NCBI GenBank assembly: GCA_963772835.1
Contig: CAVYYZ010000001.1
Coordinates: 191,381-255,380, forward strand
From: an uncultured delta proteobacterium
GTDB lineage: Bacteria > Desulfobacterota > Desulfuromonadia > Geobacterales > Pseudopelobacteraceae
Length of the DNA: 64,000 bases
Reading direction: 5' to 3'
Shown here: piece by piece, positions 57,632-64,000 of the stretch
Position numbering within the stretch: the stretch's first letter is position 1
How the letters are laid out: each line of letters begins with the position of its first letter
Made by a program: the position numbers and the translations under genes
The notes under the pieces: model-generated
The model's input: the letters and a program-made list of their open reading frames with translations, nothing else
What the model was told of the DNA's origin: nothing
The model's database searches: none

Positions 57632-57887
57632 TCCGTATCTCTTTTCGTATAGAATTGAAAAAATCATCGTTCTCCGCTACAACCTCACCGAGCCCTGAAC
57701 GGAGTTCATACCACCCCCGTTCTACCGAAGTAACAAATTCCCTTTGCTCGTCGGCACTCCGGACATACATCCGGAGTGAATCCCTGAGGATATCCTGTTC
57801 TGAACGTCCTTCTATTACTGAAATTCTCTTCAGGTTGGAATTGTCTTTTTCGTCAAGTCTGAGGCCCAACTGCCGTGTACTTGCCAT
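57612..57887 (-). CDS. Putative RHH (CopG-like) antitoxin
   Basis: GGAGG RBS; LGLRLDE..LKRIS..GRSEQDILRDSLRMYV and SVERGWYELRSG. Confidence 0.7.
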   Translation of the reverse strand: MASTRQLGLRLDEKDNSNLKRISVIEGRSEQDILRDSLRMYVRSADEQREFVTSVERGWYELRSGLGEVVAENDDFFNSIRKEIRNEKKTA

Positions 57888-58022
57888 GTTATTACCTCCT
57901 TTGATATCTTTGATACCAGTGTATATCGCAGAACAGTCTATAGCAAGTACAATTTGGCTACGAGAGATCGCACTTCATTTTGCCTCAATTCACTTTCAGA
58001 TTGCCTAAATACATCATTGCCT

Positions 58023-58175
58023 TTCGCCTGAGGCACTGTTCATAATATGAACACGGGCAGCAAGGTGGATGAGGGTGTGGATGTCGGATAGGGTGTGATT
58101 CCAAGGTGTGTCAGGTCCGAGCGGTTCTACTGTAACCGGTTCCACCTCGTCGATCAGGTCTGAGAGGTTTCTCCT
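58023..58175 (-). pseudogene. Isolated internal fragment of an NAD-dependent UDP-sugar epimerase (WbpV-like extended SDR)
   Basis: Open frame RRNLSDLIDEVEPVTVEPLGPDTPWNHTLSDIHTLIHLAARVHIMNSASGE; IHLAARVH is typical of this family. No start codon or Rossmann motif. Confidence 0.75.
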
Positions 58176-58179
58176 TTTC

Positions 58180-58390
58180 CGTGTATTTTCGTGTCTTCGC
58201 CTACTTGCCTAGAGGCACCTACTTCTGGCTGCGAGAGCCCGCTTTTGACGTTCAATTCAAAATCAAGTGCATCTCTCGCCCGTTCGCTTCGCTTACTAGA
58301 GGTCACAGAGAAAAGACGTTTGCCGTTGGTTTACCCACAAAAATAATTCAGCCTTTGACCTTCTCTGCGTACTCTGCGAGAGCCCGCCTT
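58180..58390. repeat. Mosaic repeat block
   Basis: CGTGTATTTTCGTG, TTGCCTAGAGGCACCTACTTCTGGC, TCTCTCGCCCGTTCGC and CTCTGCGTACTCTGCGAGAG. Confidence 0.88.
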
Positions 58391-58953
58391 TAATGTTTTA
58401 CGCCTTCGCTTTTAGCTACCTTCACTACAGTCAGAAATATAATACGTAGATCTAACAAAAAAGATTGGTTTTTAAAATAGTATTCATCAAATTCCACCTT
58501 CACCGGTATAGGCAGTTCATCCCGGCCATTAATCTGTGCCCAGCCGGTCAGGCCGGGTGTCAACCGGTGCACACCTTTCTCAGTGCGCAGAGCGATCAGG
58601 TCATCCTGGTTGAAAAGGGCAGGGCGCGGACCGACAATGCTCATGTCACCGGAGAGGATGCTCCAGAGTTGGGGGAGTTCATCCAGGCTGGATTTGCGGA
58701 GGAACTTGCCGATCGGGGTAAGCCATTGTGTCGGGGTTGCCGAGGAGGTGAGTGGCGACGGCGGGGGTGTCCGTACGCATGGTGCGGAATTTAGGCATTT
58801 TGAAGATGGCGTTATTGCGTCCGACGCGGTCGGACCAGTAGAGGATAGGACCGGGGGAAGTCAATTTGACCATCAAGGCAGTAAGCAGCATCGGAATTGA
58901 TAAGCAGATAATCGCCAGAAGCACATACTGAAATCAAAGGAGCGCTTTAGCAT
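58390..58953 (-). CDS. Bacterial sugar transferase (initiating phosphoglycosyl transferase), with two compensating frameshifts near 58922 and 58728
   Basis: MLKRSFDF..SPGPILYWSDRVG..KFRTM..GKFLRKSSLDELPQL..VGPRP..PGLTGWAQINGR..LLDLRII. Confidence 0.88.
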
Positions 58954-59405
58954 AATATTTGATCCAGAATGATTTCAAATCCAAAACTCATAATTCAACA
59001 TCCAAAATTGCCTCTCGCTTGTCGGACCAGTAGAGGACCGGTCCGGGGGAAGTCAACTTGACCATCAAAGCAGTAATCAGCATCGGAATTGATAAGCAAA
59101 TAATCGCCAGAAGCGACATGCTGAAATCAAAGGAGCGCTTTAGCATAATATTTGATCCAGAATGATTTCAAATCCAAAACTCATAATTCAACATCCAAAA
59201 TTGCCTCTCGCTTGTCGGACCAGTAGAGGATCGGACCGGGGGAAGTCAACTTGACCATCAAAGCAGTAATCAGCATCGGAATTGATAAGCAAATAATCGC
59301 CAGAAGCGACATGCTGAAATCAAAGGAGCGCTTTAGCATAATATTTGAACCTGAATGATTTTAAATATAAAATTCATAATCCAACATCCAAAATTGCCTC
59401 TCTCG
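58828..59405 (-). repeat. Three tandem 193-bp units, each the first 42 codons of the sugar transferase plus an upstream heptamer-derived segment
   Basis: ATG at 58953, 59146 and 59339. Copies 2 and 3 break off after YWSD at a TTGCCTCTCGC junction. Confidence 0.93.
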
Positions 59406-59414
59406 CCGAGGTGA

Positions 59415-59876
59415 TTACGGAACAAGTCCGAATTTCTTTTTAAGTTTTACAGAAATTGTTTTTGCATGCACGACGGTATCGTAGACTGAAGCAAAATCAT
59501 CTGCAGATAATTCACCCCGTAGAACATCCATATCATTCCGGATGGCACCCTGCAGAATCAGAAGGCTTTTTTCGCGCAGATCAGAGCAATCAATGAAAGA
59601 ATCGTGAGTCAGAAAAGTATATTCATTGCTTGATACAGGCAGGTGCAGACTCTTCAATTCCTCGGTACAAAACAAATTTGGATTAACTTCAGAATTGATA
59701 TACAGGCTGGCGACGGAGGCCAGTGATTCATTCACGGCAAGGACGACAAACAGCTTTATTTTGGGTGGAGTTGTGTCGTCAACATATGTACGAAGAACTG
59801 TGCCGGGCTTAATGGCAGTAACGGAAAAAACGGCGCGAACATCAGGAGGGAAAAGATCGCCAATACGTGGGGTCAT
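59415..59876 (-). CDS. Hypothetical protein; candidate toxin partner of the Panacea protein (possibly PemK/MazF-like)
   Basis: ATGA overlap with the upstream Panacea gene; PPKIKLFVVL..INSE..FLTHDSFIDCS. Confidence 0.55.
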   Translation of the reverse strand: MTPRIGDLFPPDVRAVFSVTAIKPGTVLRTYVDDTTPPKIKLFVVLAVNESLASVASLYINSEVNPNLFCTEELKSLHLPVSSNEYTFLTHDSFIDCSDLREKSLLILQGAIRNDMDVLRGELSADDFASVYDTVVHAKTISVKLKKKFGLVP

Positions 59877-60421
59877 GAAAAAGCAGCTTCTGCTTCCAGT
59901 TTCGCAGAGAGATATTTCAACATGGCATGATCAGCGCCGGCTACCTTGGCGATTTCCTTGAGGGAGATCTTGTCATCCTTGCCGGCCTTGTTGTAGGCGC
60001 CATCATGTGATTTATCGCGAAGTTCAATAAAAGAGAGAAATTTGTTTTCACGCAACGATTCATCCAGACAGGCCACATCAGATTCTGACAATTCATCCAG
60101 ATCAGGTTCGGCAACCGGAACGAGGAAATGACCGTTTACCTTCAGAAAGCCGGAATAATCGCGGCACGAACAATTCAGCGCTTCTCCGCGAATAGTCTTG
60201 ATAATGTCATACACTCGGGATGGAACCGGCCCGTGATTCATGGCGATATAATCGTCGCCGGTCAGCACCGGCCTGCCATAACGAACCAGATGTTTTTGAT
60301 CGGCGAAATAGATGATCTTGAAAACTTTATGCAGATCAGCTTTGATCTTCTCTGCGTAAAGCTTTCGCGTCACGAACAGCATAATCGCAATAGCTTTATT
60401 TTCATCAAACGGGAAATTCAT
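59873..60421 (-). CDS. Panacea-domain (DUF4065/SocA-like) antitoxin
   Basis: KVFKIIYFADQKHL..YGRPV..YIAMNHGPVP..ELRDKSH. Confidence 0.88.
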   Translation of the reverse strand: MNFPFDENKAIAIMLFVTRKLYAEKIKADLHKVFKIIYFADQKHLVRYGRPVLTGDDYIAMNHGPVPSRVYDIIKTIRGEALNCSCRDYSGFLKVNGHFLVPVAEPDLDELSESDVACLDESLRENKFLSFIELRDKSHDGAYNKAGKDDKISLKEIAKVAGADHAMLKYLSAKLEAEAAFS

Positions 60422-60527
60422 ATCAGTATCTTTCTAAATCATACAATGGAAATGGCAGATGAAGTATAACTCATTCCTCCATTGTTTCAAAGTGTTAATG
60501 CAATAGCTTCTCTATGATAAGTGCTTT

Positions 60528-61005
60528 TTCAAGACTTGACCCCATAGTCCTTTTTTTCTTTGTCCCGTTTTCTTCCAAAAAGCATTTTTCCGTGTATTTT
60601 CGTGCCTTTCGTGGACAACCGCCTTTGACGTTCAATCCAGAATCCATTTAGTCCCACAGGGGTCAAATCCATTTAGGCCCACAGGGGTCAAAATTGCCTT
60701 TACTGCATTGCCTTTACATCTATCCCCAGATAATCCACCCGATCAGGTGTCCGCCGAATTCGCCAGGTGAAAATAGATCTGTCCCGGTTTTATAATGTTT
60801 TAAAGGAGTCGAATTCGACCCCTTTAAAATTGTGATAATTCAAGACTTGACCCCGAAGGTTGTTCTTCTATGGGTTAGATCAAATTCTTATCAGAATTTA
60901 TCCGAAGCTATCCGCGTGCAACGGTTTACGTCTCTTTTTGCCTTTATCCCTTTAGGCCCACTGGGGTCCTGCATCCCTTTCATCCCTGTTAAATCGCTTT
61001 TCAGG
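60528..61005. repeat. Mosaic repeat block rich in TGACCCC/TGTCCC-ended motifs
   Basis: TTCAAGACTTGACCCC at 60528 and 60839; AGGTGAAAATAGATCTGTCCCG at 60765; near-palindrome TTTTAAAGGAGTCGAATTCGACCCCTTTAAAA at 60798-60829. Confidence 0.85.
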
Positions 61006-61046
61006 TTCTGCCGTCATCCGTGTGCATTATGCCATTCGTGACCGAC

Positions 61047-61358
61047 TTAAATCAGTACCTCAATTCCTTTGCGGTCAAGAATGTTCAAAAGCTTCAGTGA
61101 GGGACCACCTGGGTGCTTCTCGCCAATCTCCCATTTTTGTATAGTTGAAAGACTGGTATTGAGTACAGAGGCCAGCACCGCCTGACTAATTCGGAAACGG
61201 TCCCGTAACGTGCGAATCTGCTCGGGTGAATATGCCGGCACTGGCTCGATACACAATACATCATAACGATTCATGGCACGTTTATCGATAAAGCCAAGAT
61301 CAGGTAAATCACGCGCTGTATCGTGAATTGTCTCAAGAAGACGATTTTTAGGTTTCAT
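61047..61358 (-). CDS. HigA-like XRE HTH antitoxin
   Basis: QIRTLRDRFRISQAVLASVLNTSLSTIQKWEIGEKHPGGPSLKLL. Confidence 0.9.
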   Translation of the reverse strand: MKPKNRLLETIHDTARDLPDLGFIDKRAMNRYDVLCIEPVPAYSPEQIRTLRDRFRISQAVLASVLNTSLSTIQKWEIGEKHPGGPSLKLLNILDRKGIEVLI

Positions 61359-61719
61359 TTGTTACCTCCATTAGAGAACCTTTGGTGACTGCCTCGGAAA
61401 TTTGTTAATCAGACAGGATGAGCAAATCACCAGCTAAAAGCTTCAGTGCCTCAAGTTCATTAGCAGAAATAGTATCTCGTTCATTCTTTTCAAAACCATA
61501 AACAAAAAACCATCTGTCATTTCTGTTTGTTGCCAGTAAAGTTCTTGTACTGCCACGTTTGCCATGTCCGGGCAAGGCAATTCGCTTTTTGACTATCCCG
61601 CCACCAAGATCGGCATCTACCAGCCCTTGACGTATTTCCATCACAGCTCGATACAAAGCTTGATCAGGCAAGTCTGCTTTACGTGCCCAGCGGTTAAACT
61701 GTCGGGTTTTATAGATCAT
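61348..61719 (-). pseudogene. RelE/HigB-like toxin with an in-frame premature TAA at 61405-61407
   Basis: KTRQFNRWA..DADLGGGIVKKRIA..GKRGSTR..FVYGFEKNERDTIS. After the stop, the frame continues QISEAVTKGSLMEVTNET* and overlaps the antitoxin start. Confidence 0.75.
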
Positions 61720-62434
61720 GTGTGTTTACCATATCACTAGGTGGTATGCTTTTCAACGGAAAACTGGAAACATCCGCACGTGGTCTGCCTGCTTTCTTGG
61801 GTCTCAGTGGCTGATTCAAACGGGACTCAAGCATATCAATAAAGCATTCCGAACCCAATGGGCGTCCAGTCATAGTGGCTCTGCGGATTGCGTCATCAGC
61901 TTTTTCATCCACAGTGCCAACAAAGTTGGCATAACTGTTTTGCTCCTGCAAAGAGAGCCAGGAAGTTGAACCCAACAGTGGATCACTTGAACCGGTGATA
62001 TGGGAGTTGGCGCTTGACCAACGATATAACTCAGCATGTTCTACAAGACCAGCCTTCAATGGATTGCGCTCAACATAGCGTGCCACAGCCCATACGTTCA
62101 GATCATTTTCTACAACGCAGGAGAAAAAGCGGTTTTGCCAAATTCGTCCCGATTGTTTTAGCTTCCTGTTGAGATATTGGGTATATACCTGATTAGTCAT
62201 CCCGATCCCTTTCGCCAGCGCGGTATCAGTATTTGGCACGGCGAGTAAGTGGATATGGTTGTCCATCAAACAATAAGCCCAGATTTTAAATTGGTGTTTT
62301 TTAGCATAACCTGCCAGCAGTTTCAGATACGTCTGTCGATCTTCGTCATCAAAGAAGACAGTAGATCGATTGTTACCGCGTTGTGTTATGTGGTGAGGAT
62401 AATTGACAGCTATGATGCGCGCAATTCGTGGCAT
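61709..62434 (-). mobile_element. REP-associated tyrosine transposase (RAYT/TnpA-REP, Y1 HUH family)
   Basis: MPRIAR..HHITQRGNNR..AYCLMDNHIHLL (HUH)..GRIWQNRF..YVERNPLKAGLV..YRWSS. Confidence 0.9.
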
Positions 62435-62485
62435 GGTACGAAGAATACAGCAGAAACCGAAGTGCTGCAACAATTAATATGGAGA

Positions 62486-62642
62486 GTGTCCCTAATTACC
62501 TCAGGTTTCCTCTGCGCACCTTGCCTAGAGGCACCTGCTTTGGCTGCGTACTCTGCGAGAGATCGCCTTTGGCGTTTAATCCATTCAGGCCCACCGGGGT
62601 CAAATTCTTTAGGCCCACTGGGGTCAAATCCAAAATTGCCTC
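62486..62642. repeat. Mosaic repeat block upstream of the RAYT
   Basis: GTGTCCCTAATT, the CTCTGCG module with a TTGCCTAGAGGCACC insert, two AGGCCCACYGGGGTCAAA and a heptamer end AAATTGCC. Confidence 0.85.
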
Positions 62643-63671
62643 TCAACAGTGTCTCTCATACCAATCCAGCGCCTCATCAAGGCCCTGTCCGATGGTATGC
62701 GTCGGGCGGTATCCGAGCAGTCGCGCGGCCTTGCCGATATCCGCCTGTGAATGGAGCACATCACCGGCCCGGAAATCGCGGTACTGCGGCTGCACCCCAT
62801 GCAGTCCGGGGTGTCCGGCTGTCAGGCCATCACGCAGCAGGTCAAAGAGCTGATTCAAGTCAGTACGGGCATTGACCGCCACGTTGTACACCTGACCCGC
62901 CGCCCCGGCGTTCTCTGCAGTTGCCGCCAACAGATTGGCCTGCACGGCATTGCGCACATAACAGAAGTCGCGGCTGGTCTCTCCGGTGCCGTTGATGTAA
63001 ATCGGTTCACCGCGCAGCAGTGCGGCGATCCATTTAGGTATGACCGCCGCATAGGCGCCATCCGGATCCTGGCGGGGACCGAAAACATTGAAATAGCGCA
63101 GACCGATCGCCTCCAGACCGTAACAGCGCCCGAACACATCGGCATACAGCTCGTTAACAAGTTTGGTCACCGCATACGGCGACAGCGGCCGTCCGATCGT
63201 ATCCTCAACCTTCGGCAGAGCGGGGTGATCGCCATACGTTGAGCTCGAAGCCGCATACACAAAACGCTTTACTCTGGCATCACGGGCAGCCACCAGCATA
63301 TTCAAGAAGCCGGTGACATTGCTGGCGTTGGAATTGATCGGGTCATCGATGGAGCGGGGCACCGAGCCGAGCGCCGCCTGATGGAGGATGTAGTCAACAC
63401 CGGCAGACGCACGGTGGCAGGTATCAAGATCACGGATGTCGCCTTCAATGAAGCGGAAGCGCTGCCACTGATCGGCAGTGACAAGGCTTTGCACCTCATT
63501 CAGGTTGCACTGTTTCCCGGTGGAGAAGTTATCCAGACCGACAACGTTCTGGTTCAGCGTCAGGAGCTGTTCAAGGATGTTCGAACCGATAAACCCGGCA
63601 CAACCGGTGACCAGCCAGGTCTTTGGAGTGGCGAGTAATGTTTTCTTCGTTATTTCGTATGTTGTTGGCAT
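62643..63671 (-). CDS. UDP-N-acetylglucosamine 4-epimerase (WbpP/TviC-like SDR)
   Basis: [32 protein letters not shown] and [13 protein letters not shown]. Confidence 0.95.
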   Translation of the reverse strand: MPTTYEITKKTLLATPKTWLVTGCAGFIGSNILEQLLTLNQNVVGLDNFSTGKQCNLNEVQSLVTADQWQRFRFIEGDIRDLDTCHRASAGVDYILHQAALGSVPRSIDDPINSNASNVTGFLNMLVAARDARVKRFVYAASSSTYGDHPALPKVEDTIGRPLSPYAVTKLVNELYADVFGRCYGLEAIGLRYFNVFGPRQDPDGAYAAVIPKWIAALLRGEPIYINGTGETSRDFCYVRNAVQANLLAATAENAGAAGQVYNVAVNARTDLNQLFDLLRDGLTAGHPGLHGVQPQYRDFRAGDVLHSQADIGKAARLLGYRPTHTIGQGLDEALDWYERHC

Positions 63672-63729
63672 GTGGGGCATCCTGTGGATTTAATAAATTG
63701 TTCTATGTTCTATGTTCAATGTTGAAGAC

Positions 63730-64000
63730 GAACCTTGAACCTTGAACTTTGAACCTTGAACCTTGAACCTTGAACCTTGAACCTTGAACCTTGAACCTTG
63801 AACCTTGAACCTTGAACCTTGAACCTTGAACCTTGAACCTTGAACCTTGAACCTTGAACCTTGAACCTTGAACCTCGAACCTCGAACCTGAACCTTGAAC
63901 TTGAACCTCGAATTTCAAACCTCGAACCTTGAACCTCGAACCTTGAACCTTGAACCTTGAACCTTGAACCTTGAACCTTGAACCTTGAACCTTGAACCTT
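63730..64000. repeat. (TTGAACC)n heptamer array, about 38 units, running off the window
   Basis: Direct reading; minor TCGAACC and TTGAACT variants. Confidence 0.98.

Noticed and set aside
60700..60765. Possible further gene-end relic (..DRVDYLGIDVKAMQ* on the minus strand)
   Set aside because: Too short to assign without a database search.
47000..62500. Classical integron cassette array
   Set aside because: There is no tyrosine recombinase. The best attC-like candidate (50044-50097, TACTAAC..GTTAATC) lacks proper L-box spacing and complementarity.

Overview
Bacterial chromosomal window. Gene content and order suggest a Geobacteraceae-like Desulfobacterota genome (inference). Bases 1-40 kb are mostly ordinary: ribD-nrdR-dCMP deaminase; kdsB-pyrG-kdsA-kdsD-kdsC-lptCAB-rpoN-hpf-hprK-rapZ-EIIA-ptsH-ptsI; pilD with a sigma54 two-component pair and a DsbC carrying a CxxCH motif; a type IVa pilus cluster (very long PilY1, fimU, pilVWX, HTH, pilMNOPQ); and two lipoproteins, one with a CFI-box-CTERM tail. 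Bases 40.2-64 kb are the unusual part. About 14 intergenic blocks are built from one shared kit of modules (heptamer arrays, 9-10-nt-period inverted repeats, a GTAG REP doublet, small nested insertions, TGWCCC-ended motifs). They separate seven toxin-antitoxin-like pairs, an AAA ATPase, a four-helix-bundle gene, a REP-associated tyrosine transposase (RAYT), an RND efflux pair and surface-polysaccharide genes. Between the repeats lie short, diverged fragments of the local genes (a sugar transferase, an SDR epimerase, the four-helix gene). The region looks like a repeat-scaffolded, cassette-like variable locus with no integron integrase or attC sites. Several single-base frameshifts in large genes are probably consensus sequencing errors.
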